In this document: positions 19,564 through 28,324 of the stretch, piece by piece
Numbering within the stretch: position 1 is the first letter of the stretch
Layout: each line of letters starts with the position of its first letter
Source of the DNA: Chitinophaga pinensis
GTDB lineage: Bacteria; Bacteroidota; Bacteroidia; Bacteroidales; GCA-2748055
Length of the DNA stretch: 64,000 nucleotides
Direction: 5' to 3'
Assembly: GCA_945863035.1 (NCBI GenBank)
Contig: CAMAZH010000006.1
Location: 2,264 to 66,263 of the forward strand
Translations under genes and position numbers: made by a program
Notes under the pieces: generated by a model
Seen by the model: only the letters and a program-made list of their open reading frames with translations
What the model was told of the DNA's origin: nothing
The model's database searches: none

Positions 19564-20013
19564 TTACTGATTATCGGATGCAAACCACTCTGCATAGGAA
19601 GTGGCCGTTTCGCATAATTTCACCGAATGCAGGCTCAGATGTTCGGGAAGCAGAGGCTTTACAGTTCCAACGATATCAATAAGCAGATTTTCGCAAGTGG
19701 GCTGGTAATGAACAATCTTCAGCTTGTCGAACATTTGTGAAATTGTTGAGAGGCCTTCAGCATCTGCTTCATTTGCAATCAGCAAGGCATGATCGAGCTT
19801 ATCAAGCACAGGGGCTTTGATCCATTTTTTGATATCAGAGAAGTCAGCAACCATACCATTCTTGGGATCCTGAGTATTGGCAATCGGAGTTCCGATAAGT
19901 GTAACGAATAGTTTATAGGAGTGGCCGTGAATGCTTTTGCAGGAACCGTTGTAGTTCCATAAAGCATGCGCCATTTCAAAATGAAATTCCTTGGTAAGTC
20001 GTATTTTTTCCAT
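19564..20013 (-). CDS. queD: 6-carboxytetrahydropterin synthase / 6-pyruvoyl-tetrahydropterin synthase family
   Basis: 149 aa. FHFEMAH...C..IHGHSY zinc/catalytic motifs. Choosing between QueD and a PTPS paralogue is not possible by eye. Confidence 0.75.
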   Translation of the reverse strand: MEKIRLTKEFHFEMAHALWNYNGSCKSIHGHSYKLFVTLIGTPIANTQDPKNGMVADFSDIKKWIKAPVLDKLDHALLIANEADAEGLSTISQMFDKLKIVHYQPTCENLLIDIVGTVKPLLPEHLSLHSVKLCETATSYAEWFASDNQ

Positions 20014-20102
20014 TTTTTGTTAACTGTAGGAGTAAAATCAATCTCAAGCTCAGTTGGATTGATTAAGTTAACTCATTATATATTAATGAATTAACATCAT
20101 TA

Positions 20103-20402
20103 TTAAGAACACGCGCATTTGCTTACACATTCCACAATGCTGGCAAGGTTGTCGTGCTTGAGATAATAATAGGTGTTTTTACCATCGCGCTGCGAAGCCA
20201 AGACCCCTTTGTCCTTAAGAATTCCAAGATGGTGTGAGGTCGTTGACTGTTCGATATTCAGCAACTCATGTATTTCAGTTACCGTCAATTTTTTACCGTT
20301 TTCAAGGTGGTTGAGAATTGCGATTCGTAAGGGGTGGGCAATTGCTTTAAGCATACTGGAAGCTTTCTCAAGTTGCTCTGGTGAAAGACTGGAAATATTC
20401 AT
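20103..20402 (-). CDS. ArsR/SmtB family metalloregulator
   Basis: 99 aa. LKAIAHPLRIAIL...LTVTEI...QSTTSHHLGILKDKGV winged HTH. C-terminal Cys cluster ECVSKCACS. Confidence 0.85.
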   Translation of the reverse strand: MNISSLSPEQLEKASSMLKAIAHPLRIAILNHLENGKKLTVTEIHELLNIEQSTTSHHLGILKDKGVLASQRDGKNTYYYLKHDNLASIVECVSKCACS

Positions 20403-20565
20403 ATTTAAATATTATTTAGGATCAATTGAAAACATTTATATTCGGCCCGAATCATTTTTAAGACTTCATATATATGCTTATTTCACAATAAATCAAGTTC
20501 TTACAAATTTTTTATCGGGTTTTTAAGGTATTGCTAATGTTTAAAAGTCAAGCTATTAACAAATA

Positions 20566-20585
20566 CAAATATATACATATATTTG
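20566..20585. promoter_or_regulatory. 9-2-9 inverted repeat made of two back-to-back TAnnTTTG boxes
   Basis: CAAATATAT-AC-ATATATTTG. Each strand reads TATATTTG at its 3' end. Lies in the 400-bp arsR/polyprenyl-synthase divergent region. Confidence 0.3.
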
Positions 20586-20776
20586 CTTAGTTGAATCAAA
20601 TTTTACAATATTTGGGATCGGATACATTTACTCGGGCTTTGGGAGCAAAGAATTGGGGTTTATTCTAATTCCTTTTCCGTTTATGAATTTGGCTCGCACT
20701 TTATAAAAGCTTCTCTCGAATAAACAGCAATGTTTAATAATTGCAAACCATAACTAGTTTTTTTTATAAGGAATAG

Positions 20777-20784
20777 TACCTTTG
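20777..20784 (+). promoter_or_regulatory. -7 promoter box TACCTTTG
   Basis: Exact TAnnTTTG 18 nt upstream of the ATG at 20802. Confidence 0.45.
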
Positions 20785-20801
20785 TTTCAAATCAGAGCTG
20801 A

Positions 20802-21776
20802 ATGAGTGAGTTAAACCAGATCAGAGAGCCTATAAAGCTTGAAATCAAACAGTTTGAAAAGCATTTCAGGCAATCCTTAAAGAGCAATATTCCATTGCTG
20901 GACATAATAACCAATTATATTTTACGCAAAAAAGGGAAACAGATGCGGCCTGCATTTGTTTTGCTCAGTGCGCGCATGTTTGGGGAAATTGGTGCCTCGA
21001 GTTATACGGCAGCATCAATGATTGAACTTCTTCATACAGCTTCCCTTATCCATGATGATGTTGTGGATGAATCACATGAGCGAAGGGGTTTTTTCTCAAT
21101 CAATGCTTTATGGAAATCGAAGGTGGCTGTGCTGGTCGGCGACTATTTGTTGGCCAAAGGTCTTTTACTTTCAGTGGCCAACAAGCAATACGAGGTACTT
21201 GAATTAGTTTCGGAAGCTGTAAAGGAAATGAGTGAAGGAGAACTTTTACAAATACAGAAATCCAGGAAGTTAAATATCAGCATGGATGACTATTTTGAGA
21301 TTATCCGTAAAAAAACTGCGGCTCTAATAGCCGCATGCACAGCAAGTGGTGCAAGATCTGCCGGAGCCAGTGATAGTCAGGTTTCCCTTATGAAGGAATT
21401 TGGCGAGCTGACAGGTATAGCGTTTCAGATAAAAGATGATTTGTTCGATTATGAGCGAAACGGAAAAATCGGGAAACCAACGGCAAACGACATCAAGGAA
21501 AAAAAAATGACCTTACCCCTGATTTACGCTCTTGAAGTATGTCCGTCGAACGAGCGAAGAAAAATTATCTCAATCATTAAACATCATAATCGTAACGCCG
21601 ACAAAGTTGACGAGGTAATTAGTTTTGTAAAGAATTATGGCGGTTTGATTTTCGCAGAACAAAAAATGCAAGAATACAAAAACAAGGCTTTCGAAAAATT
21701 AAGTTCTTTCCCCGATTCAGAATCGAAAAAATCTCTGATTGCTCTCCTTGAATTCACAATAAGCCGAAAAGAATAG
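20802..21776 (+). CDS. polyprenyl diphosphate synthase (IspB-like)
   Basis: 324 aa. First DDxxD (IHDDVVDES) and second DDxxD (FQIKDDLFD) motifs. Confidence 0.9.
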   Translation: MSELNQIREPIKLEIKQFEKHFRQSLKSNIPLLDIITNYILRKKGKQMRPAFVLLSARMFGEIGASSYTAASMIELLHTASLIHDDVVDESHERRGFFSINALWKSKVAVLVGDYLLAKGLLLSVANKQYEVLELVSEAVKEMSEGELLQIQKSRKLNISMDDYFEIIRKKTAALIAACTASGARSAGASDSQVSLMKEFGELTGIAFQIKDDLFDYERNGKIGKPTANDIKEKKMTLPLIYALEVCPSNERRKIISIIKHHNRNADKVDEVISFVKNYGGLIFAEQKMQEYKNKAFEKLSSFPDSESKKSLIALLEFTISRKE

Positions 21777-21900
21777 TACTCCAGAAATGAAAATCACCTA
21801 CAAGGGTGCCTCTAGCTTTCAAATATCCGATTCTCCTTATATCAAACTCTTCGATATTTGACATTAACTAATTAATATACAGTGATATATATATTGCATT

Positions 21901-23718
21901 TCAGCCTGGCGATTTTATACCATCCAGATAAATTTTTACCAATTTTGCCTTTTTCTCCCCTAATATTTCAATCAGATGATTTTCAGACAGGTTTTTAAGC
22001 TCATCGATATTATTTACCCTGCTCCAGATTTTCTTTAGGGCACTCTCCCCTATTCCTGGTATGTTTGTAATTTCCGACTTCAACATGGAATCTGAACGTT
22101 TGAGTCGATGAAAGGTTATTCCAAAACGGTGAGCCTCGTTTCTCATTTGTTGGATGAGTTTCAAAGATTCCGAATTTTTATCGATATACAAGGGTATTGA
22201 ATCCCCTGGAAAATAAATCTCCTCAAGTCGTTTTGCGATGCCTATTACAGCAATCCTTCCTCGCAAATCAAGTTCTTCAAGTCCTTGAACTGCGGCATTA
22301 AGCTGCCCTTTTCCCCCATCCACAATAACTAATTGCGGCAAATCAATGTGTTCATCAAGCATTCGCGAATACCTTCTTGTAACTACTTCCTTCATGGAAG
22401 CAAAGTCGTCAGGACCCGTAACTGTTTTAATATTGAAATGTCGGTAATCCCTTTTGGAAGCACGGGCATTTTTAAAAACCACGCAGGCAGCTACCGGGTT
22501 TGAGCCCTGGATATTGCTGTTATCGAAACATTCTATATGGATGGGCAATTCGGAAAGCCTTAAATCTGATTTCAGTGTGGAGAGAATGCGAAAAGTCGAT
22601 TTTTCTGGTGAAATTGAAGCCTTTTGTCGTTTACGCTCAAGCATAAAATACTTGGCATTCCGCTCCGAGAGCTCAAGTAACTTCCTTTTGTCGCCTATTT
22701 TTGGGATTGTTTGAAATGAATTTGGCGGCAGACTATCCAGTGAAAACGGAACAATAATTTCTTTTGCATCGCTATAGAGACGAGAGCGCACTTCCGCAAT
22801 GGCAAATTCAAGCAATTCAACTGGCGACTCATCCAATTGCTTTCGCAATTCTACTGTATGAGCTTGAATAATCGCCCCATTTACCACCTTCAGGAAATTT
22901 ACATAAGCTAGGTCACCATCCTGCACAATGGAGAAAACATCCACATTATGAATTGATGGATTAACGATAGTCGATTTTATCTGGAATTTCTCCAACATCT
23001 CAATTTTCAGACGTATGGCTTCGGCATCCTCAAACTTATATTTTGCCGAGAAATCCAACATAAGATTATTGAGATGGTCTAAAAGCTCCTTTAGATTGCC
23101 CTTTAGAATCAGGTGTATTTGATTTATTGCCGCGTCGTAGCTTTCCTTAGTTTGCAGTGATTCACAAGGAGCCTGACAATTGCCGATATGAAATTCAAGA
23201 CACTTTTTGATTTTTCCTTTTTGGATGTTTTCGTCGGTAAGAGAATGCTGACAGGTCCTAAGCTTATAAAGTTGTCGTATAAGTGAAAGAATCGTACGCA
23301 CCGTGAGAGCTGAAGTGTAAGGCCCATAGTATTTGGATCCATCTGAAATTATGTTTCGTGTGGAAAAAACCCGGGGAAAAGGTTCGTTCTTTATGCAAAT
23401 CCAGGGAAAGGTTTTATCATCCTTAAGGTTAACATTGTATTTAGGCTGGTATTTTTTGATAAGGTTATTCTCCAAAAGAAGGGCGTCGGATTCCGTATCG
23501 ACAATAATGTGTTTAACCTCGGCGATTTTTTTTACCAGTACTCTCAGTTTGTTATTCTCAAAATGTGTTTTCGAGAAGTACGAAGAAACCCTTTTCTTTA
23601 AATTTTTGGCTTTGCCGATATAAAGAAGAGTCCCATTTGAATCGTAGAACTGGTAAACACCTGGTTTCCCGGGAAGGTTTAAAATTGTGTCCTTTAAAAT
23701 AGCATTTTCCTCTTTCAT
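21901..23718 (-). CDS. uvrC: excinuclease ABC subunit C
   Basis: GIY-YIG N-terminus (GVYQFYD...LLYIGKAKNLKKR) and C-terminal HhH. Start moved to the ATG at 23716-23718 (MKEENA...). Confidence 0.93.
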   Translation of the reverse strand: MKEENAILKDTILNLPGKPGVYQFYDSNGTLLYIGKAKNLKKRVSSYFSKTHFENNKLRVLVKKIAEVKHIIVDTESDALLLENNLIKKYQPKYNVNLKDDKTFPWICIKNEPFPRVFSTRNIISDGSKYYGPYTSALTVRTILSLIRQLYKLRTCQHSLTDENIQKGKIKKCLEFHIGNCQAPCESLQTKESYDAAINQIHLILKGNLKELLDHLNNLMLDFSAKYKFEDAEAIRLKIEMLEKFQIKSTIVNPSIHNVDVFSIVQDGDLAYVNFLKVVNGAIIQAHTVELRKQLDESPVELLEFAIAEVRSRLYSDAKEIIVPFSLDSLPPNSFQTIPKIGDKRKLLELSERNAKYFMLERKRQKASISPEKSTFRILSTLKSDLRLSELPIHIECFDNSNIQGSNPVAACVVFKNARASKRDYRHFNIKTVTGPDDFASMKEVVTRRYSRMLDEHIDLPQLVIVDGGKGQLNAAVQGLEELDLRGRIAVIGIAKRLEEIYFPGDSIPLYIDKNSESLKLIQQMRNEAHRFGITFHRLKRSDSMLKSEITNIPGIGESALKKIWSRVNNIDELKNLSENHLIEILGEKKAKLVKIYLDGIKSPG

Positions 23719-23738
23719 CTTTATAGCAAAAGAAGTAA

Positions 23739-25370
23739 TTACTCGTACAGGCTTGTAAAACAAAATTTGCTTCCGTCGAACAAACCCTTATTGCTCAATT
23801 TCAATTCAGGAATTACCAATAAAGCCATAAAACTAAGGGTCATAAAAGGAGCTTTTAAATGGCAGCCGATGCCCGCAGCCAAATTATTGATTTTCTTATA
23901 CTGTCTGGCCACGACTTCAGCCTTCTCATCGGATATAATGCCGGCAATCGGCAGAGGTATGCCGGTAATTTCGGATCCATCATGCACAGCTACCCCACCT
24001 TTATTGTCAATTACCCAATTAATGCATTCCGCAATTTCAGTATTGGATACGCCTACTGCAATGATGTTATGAGAATCGTGAGAAATGGAACTGGCAAGAG
24101 CTCCCTTTTTCAATGAGAAATTTTTGATAAAAGCTATTGAAGGAGCTTCCTGCTCATAACGGTTAAGCACAACAAGTTTCAAAACGTCCTGGGAGACATC
24201 GGAGACCAAGTCATTTCCGCTGACTTCAAGAGAGGCCACAAAAGAGCCTGTTATCAATTCCCCATCCTCAACAGATATCACTTTAACTCTTTTGGAGGTT
24301 GGGGGGACAATAAGAGTGTTATTTATAATCCTATTTGCCATGAACTTATTTACAATTTTTTGTTCGGAAACCTCCTTCAGACCCCTCACCTTATCAAAAA
24401 CTATATTTCCCCCGATGTAGGTCTCAGAAACCCGAAAGGAAATCAGGTCATCAACCCTGATAAAATCGGCGCTATCGCCCACCCTCAGCAATCCAACAGG
24501 AAGATTATAATGTCTGACGGGATTAACAGTAACTGCACGCAGAAGGTTAAAGAGATTAATTCCCTTTACGACTCCTCTTTTAAGTAGTTTATTAATATGC
24601 CCATCCAGCAAATCATCAGGATGTAGGTCGTCGGAACAAAGAAACACCTTGTTTGGGAACTTGTCGATTAAAGTCCACAGAGCTTCGAAGTTTTTGGCTG
24701 CGCTTCCCTCCCGAATCTGGACAATCATTCCTTTTTCTATTTTCTCAAGAGCCTCCTGAATTCCCGAGCATTCGTGATCCGTATCAATTCCCGCCTGCAC
24801 GTATTTATCCAAATTCGCGCCACTAAGTCCGGGAGCATGTCCATCAATCTTGCGATTGTACTTCTTAGCTACCATAATTTTTTCCCACACTTCCGGATTA
24901 TTGTGGATTACTCCGGGATAATTCATCATTTCCGAAAGAAATTTCAGGTTCTTTTTTTCAAAAAGATATCGAATGTCATCTGCCGAGATTTGAGCTCCAG
25001 AGGATTCGAAGCTGGTGGCTGGCACACAGCTGGGAGCTCCAAAGAAGAATTTCATTTCCGCACCTGAGGCGTTTTCTATCATATACTGCACTCCGTCGAG
25101 CCCGAGAACATTCGCAATTTCATGCGGATCAGAAACGGCAGCTACCGTACCGTGCGAAACAGCGATACGTGAAAAATGCTGGGGAGTAAGCATTGAACTT
25201 TCTATATGAACGTGGGAATCCACAAGACCTGGAAGAATATACGAGCCTGTCGTTGTGGAAGATTTTTGAATTGAAAATATTTTTCCGTCAATGACGGTTA
25301 TTTCCGCATCATAGATCTCTTCCGAGAAGAGATCTACCAGCTTACCGTGGTGTTTTTGAGGTGAATTCAT
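23739..25370 (-). CDS. ade: adenine deaminase
   Basis: LPGLVDSHVHIESS metal-binding motif and adenine deaminase length. Start moved to the ATG at 25368-25370, because the ORF-track extension (MFHVEHVPRGT) is a translation of the parS palindrome. Confidence 0.88.
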   Translation of the reverse strand: MNSPQKHHGKLVDLFSEEIYDAEITVIDGKIFSIQKSSTTTGSYILPGLVDSHVHIESSMLTPQHFSRIAVSHGTVAAVSDPHEIANVLGLDGVQYMIENASGAEMKFFFGAPSCVPATSFESSGAQISADDIRYLFEKKNLKFLSEMMNYPGVIHNNPEVWEKIMVAKKYNRKIDGHAPGLSGANLDKYVQAGIDTDHECSGIQEALEKIEKGMIVQIREGSAAKNFEALWTLIDKFPNKVFLCSDDLHPDDLLDGHINKLLKRGVVKGINLFNLLRAVTVNPVRHYNLPVGLLRVGDSADFIRVDDLISFRVSETYIGGNIVFDKVRGLKEVSEQKIVNKFMANRIINNTLIVPPTSKRVKVISVEDGELITGSFVASLEVSGNDLVSDVSQDVLKLVVLNRYEQEAPSIAFIKNFSLKKGALASSISHDSHNIIAVGVSNTEIAECINWVIDNKGGVAVHDGSEITGIPLPIAGIISDEKAEVVARQYKKINNLAAGIGCHLKAPFMTLSFMALLVIPELKLSNKGLFDGSKFCFTSLYE

Positions 25371-25382
25371 AGAGTGTTTTAA

Positions 25383-25414
25383 TGTTCCACGTGGAACATG
25401 TTCCACGTGGAACA
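25383..25414. other. two abutting parS-like centromere sites (TGTTCCACGTGGAACA x2)
   Basis: 25383-25398 and 25399-25414 are identical perfect 16-bp palindromes, and 25381-25416 is a 36-bp perfect palindrome. They match the parS consensus TGTTNCACGTGAAACA except for a symmetric change at positions 5/12. They lie directly after the stop codon of the typically origin-proximal gene mnmG (gidA). Confidence 0.75.
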
Positions 25415-27289
25415 TTATCGACCCATAAATAAAAGTAGGACACTGATGTCAGCGGGCGATACCCCGCTAATCCTGGAGGCCTCCCCAATAGTTAAAGGTT
25501 TTACACGTGCTAGCTTTTGCCTGGCCTCGATTGATATCGACGCCAAACTTTCGTATTTAATATCTTCTTTTATCTTTATCCCCTCGAGGCGTTTAATCTT
25601 GTCAGCAATTACTCTCTCCCTCTCGATGTAACCCTCATACTTAATTTCGATTTCCGCGGATTCCAGGATCTCATCCTTTCTGCCCATAAATTGCTCGCAC
25701 AGTACATCGAGACCCGGAACAAGAAACAAAATATCCCTGAGCGCTATTTGAGGCCTTCTAAGAACATCAATAATTTTAACTTTCTGATTAATTTCAGAGG
25801 TTCCTTTTTCCAACAGCAATGGGTTAATATCCTCCGGGCTAACGCTGGAAGTTTCTAAAAGCTTTCTGATTTCATTTTTCCAATCCCTCTTCAGAACAAG
25901 CAGATCATATCTCCTCCTTCTAGCCAATCCCATTTGAAAGGAAATCTCGGTCAAGCGATCGTCGGCATCATCCTGGCGCAAGAGCAGGCGATATTCGGCC
26001 CGCGAAGTAAACATCCGATAAGGCTCATCAACTCCTTTTGAAATCAGGTCATCAATGAGAACTCCAATATAGGCCTGATCTCGTCCTAAAACGAAATCAC
26101 CCTTGTTTTGCACGCTCAGGGCAGCATTGATTCCGGCCATCAAACCCTGAGCCGCTGCCTCCTCGTAACCCGTAGTTCCGTTTATTTGTCCCGCAAAGTA
26201 CAAACCCGAAATGATACGCGTTTCCAAAGAGTGCTTAAGTTGTTCCGGTGGATAGTAGTCATATTCGATTGCATAACCGGGACGGAAAATCTTCACATTT
26301 TCCAAGCCTTCAATTTTACGAAGGGACTCATATTGTACTTTAAGCGGCAGAGAAGAACTGAATCCATTAATATAATACTCAATTGTATCCAAGCCTTCGG
26401 GTTCAAGAAAGAGTTGATGCGAATCTTTTCCTGCAAAGGTGTGGATTTTATCCTCGATGCTAGGACAGTATCTGGGTCCAATACTCTTTATAGTACCATT
26501 GTACATTGGGGAGTCTTCCAAACTTGCACGGATATTGTCGTGCACGTCAAGATTTGTAAAAGCAATGTAACACGATCTATGGCTGGAGTAGTCCACCTCA
26601 TAATCAAGAAAAGAAAATTTACGGTTTTCATTGTCACCCGGTTGCTCAGTTAGTTTCGAGAAATCGATACTTCTACCATCAATACGTGCCGGGGTACCCG
26701 TCTTCATCCTCCCAACTTTAAAACCCATTTCCTTGAGCTGTTCCGAAATCCCCACGGAAGCCGGCTCAGATGCTCTCCCACCCTCAATCTGTGTTCTACC
26801 TATGTGCATAAGCCCATTCTGAAAAGTTCCGTTGGTAAGGATAACCTTTTTAGAAAAGAAATTCATTCCCATTTTCGTAGTTACACCTTTAATATTATCA
26901 CCATCCAAGATAAGTGAAACTACCATATCCTGCCAAAAATCAAGATTCGCGGTGTTTTCAAGCAGTTCCCTCCAAACGATACTGAACTTTGTTCGATCGC
27001 ACTGAGCTCTAGGGCTCCACATAGCCGGACCTTTTGACCGATTAAGCATGCGGAACTGTATCATGGAGGCATCAGAAACAAGTCCGGAGTATCCCCCAAG
27101 GGCATCAATTTCACGGACAATCTGACCTTTCGCAACACCTCCCATGGCAGGATTACAACTCATCTGACCAAACTTTGTCATATCCATAGTGATCAACAAA
27201 GTACTACAGCCAAGATTTGCTGAAGCAGCACCAGCCTCGCAGCCTGCATGCCCAGCACCAACAACAATTACATCGTACTCGGGTAACAT
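25415..27289 (-). CDS. mnmG: tRNA uridine 5-carboxymethylaminomethyl modification enzyme MnmG (GidA)
   Basis: YDVIVVGAGHAGCEA FAD motif; full-length GidA. The ORF-track TTG start at 27307 lies inside the -7 box, so the start was moved to the ATG at 27287-27289. Confidence 0.95.
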   Translation of the reverse strand: MLPEYDVIVVGAGHAGCEAGAASANLGCSTLLITMDMTKFGQMSCNPAMGGVAKGQIVREIDALGGYSGLVSDASMIQFRMLNRSKGPAMWSPRAQCDRTKFSIVWRELLENTANLDFWQDMVVSLILDGDNIKGVTTKMGMNFFSKKVILTNGTFQNGLMHIGRTQIEGGRASEPASVGISEQLKEMGFKVGRMKTGTPARIDGRSIDFSKLTEQPGDNENRKFSFLDYEVDYSSHRSCYIAFTNLDVHDNIRASLEDSPMYNGTIKSIGPRYCPSIEDKIHTFAGKDSHQLFLEPEGLDTIEYYINGFSSSLPLKVQYESLRKIEGLENVKIFRPGYAIEYDYYPPEQLKHSLETRIISGLYFAGQINGTTGYEEAAAQGLMAGINAALSVQNKGDFVLGRDQAYIGVLIDDLISKGVDEPYRMFTSRAEYRLLLRQDDADDRLTEISFQMGLARRRRYDLLVLKRDWKNEIRKLLETSSVSPEDINPLLLEKGTSEINQKVKIIDVLRRPQIALRDILFLVPGLDVLCEQFMGRKDEILESAEIEIKYEGYIERERVIADKIKRLEGIKIKEDIKYESLASISIEARQKLARVKPLTIGEASRISGVSPADISVLLLFMGR

Positions 27290-27304
27290 AAATCTATATT
27301 TCTG

Positions 27305-27312
27305 CAAAGATA
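27305..27312 (-). promoter_or_regulatory. -7 promoter box TATCTTTG (minus strand)
   Basis: The reverse complement of CAAAGATA is TATCTTTG, 15 nt upstream of the mnmG ATG. Confidence 0.45.
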
Positions 27313-27410
27313 ATTATTTAAAAACAATACAAATAACATTTGATCATTGCACTTGAAATAGAACAATGCCAATTTCTAAGGGAAGATAATAGGAAAGGAT
27401 ATCAAAAAAT

Positions 27411-27842
27411 TCATTTTCCCAGAGCCTGCAAAAGTCTGGTCAGCGCATCGTCTTCTTTGAGGTGAATGGATTTCTTCAAATGCGCAGTATTGTCCTCATA
27501 ACCGAAAAGGTGAAGAATCCCATGTATAATAACACGACAAAGTTCAGTTTGGACCGTAGTCTTAAAATTTTCGGCGTTTTCCGAAACACGATCGATACTA
27601 ATAAACAAATCCCCGGAAATAAAATTCTCTTCGTTGTAATTGAAAGTAATTATATCGGTATAGTAATCATGACTAAGATACTTACGATTAATTTCCAAAA
27701 GATATTCATCTGAACAGAAAATAAGGTTTATCTGTCCTGGCTTAAAACCACTATGCAGAATCTCAGAAACTATCCAGTTTCTGAGAATACGCTTATTTTT
27801 TAAATTAAAGCTTAGATCAGCCGAATGAAAGGTGACAGGCAA
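27411..27842 (-). CDS. ybeY: rRNA maturation RNase YbeY
   Basis: 143 aa. HGILHLFGYED zinc motif. Apparent TTG start 2 nt after the upstream stop. Confidence 0.9.
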   Translation of the reverse strand: MPVTFHSADLSFNLKNKRILRNWIVSEILHSGFKPGQINLIFCSDEYLLEINRKYLSHDYYTDIITFNYNEENFISGDLFISIDRVSENAENFKTTVQTELCRVIIHGILHLFGYEDNTAHLKKSIHLKEDDALTRLLQALGK

Positions 27843-27844
27843 TT

Positions 27845-28243
27845 TTATTTGAGACTAAAAGTTAATTGAACAATTCTGCCATTCTCAAAAAACTCTATTT
27901 GATCCGAAAGACGTTGCATCAGAAAAACCCCTCTCCCATTGATCTTTTCAAGGTTTTCAGGAGCGGTAGGGTCAGGAATATTCTTGTAGTCAAAACCAAC
28001 GCCCTGATCCTTCACCCGTAAAATTAGTTTTGTTTCCTCAACCGTCAAAAGTATATCCACCAGTTTTACTTCAAGGCTTTTATTGCCATGAACTATAGCA
28101 TTGTTAGCCGCTTCAAGTGTTGCAATAAGCAGGTTGCCGTAAATTTCATCAGAGAGCGATAACTCCGCAGAGATTTCATCCACAAATTTTTCAACTTCCC
28201 GAAGATTTTCAGAAACAGACTTTATAGTTAATTCCCTTCTCAT
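27845..28243 (-). CDS. HATPase_c-type anti-sigma regulatory factor / Ser-Thr kinase (RsbW/SpoIIAB-like)
   Basis: 132 aa. N-box EAANNAIVHG and G-box DQGVGF...GRGVFLM. Confidence 0.7.
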   Translation of the reverse strand: MRRELTIKSVSENLREVEKFVDEISAELSLSDEIYGNLLIATLEAANNAIVHGNKSLEVKLVDILLTVEETKLILRVKDQGVGFDYKNIPDPTAPENLEKINGRGVFLMQRLSDQIEFFENGRIVQLTFSLK

Positions 28244-28324
28244 ATCATAACATCGAAACTAATTATTTCCAACTAGAACGAACCTTTATACTTAAATTAT
28301 AAAATAAAGTTACACTTATTATTA

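Noticed and set aside
20401-20412. 12-bp perfect palindrome ATATTTAAATAT as an ArsR operator
   Set aside because: It overlaps the arsR start codon and is pure A/T. Such palindromes are expected by chance in this AT-rich spacer.
25371-25631. N-terminal extension MFHVEHVPRGT on adenine deaminase, and the plus-strand 77-aa ORF at 25398-25631 beginning MFHVEH
   Set aside because: Both are mirror-image translations of the ATGTTCCACGTGGAACAT parS palindrome. The deaminase has a normal ATG at 25368-25370, and the plus-strand ORF lies antisense to the 3' end of mnmG.
27845-28243. RsbW-like kinase as evidence of a partner-switching (anti-sigma / anti-anti-sigma) module
   Set aside because: No STAS-domain antagonist, PP2C phosphatase or sigma factor gene is present in the window, so a system cannot be supported from this sequence alone.
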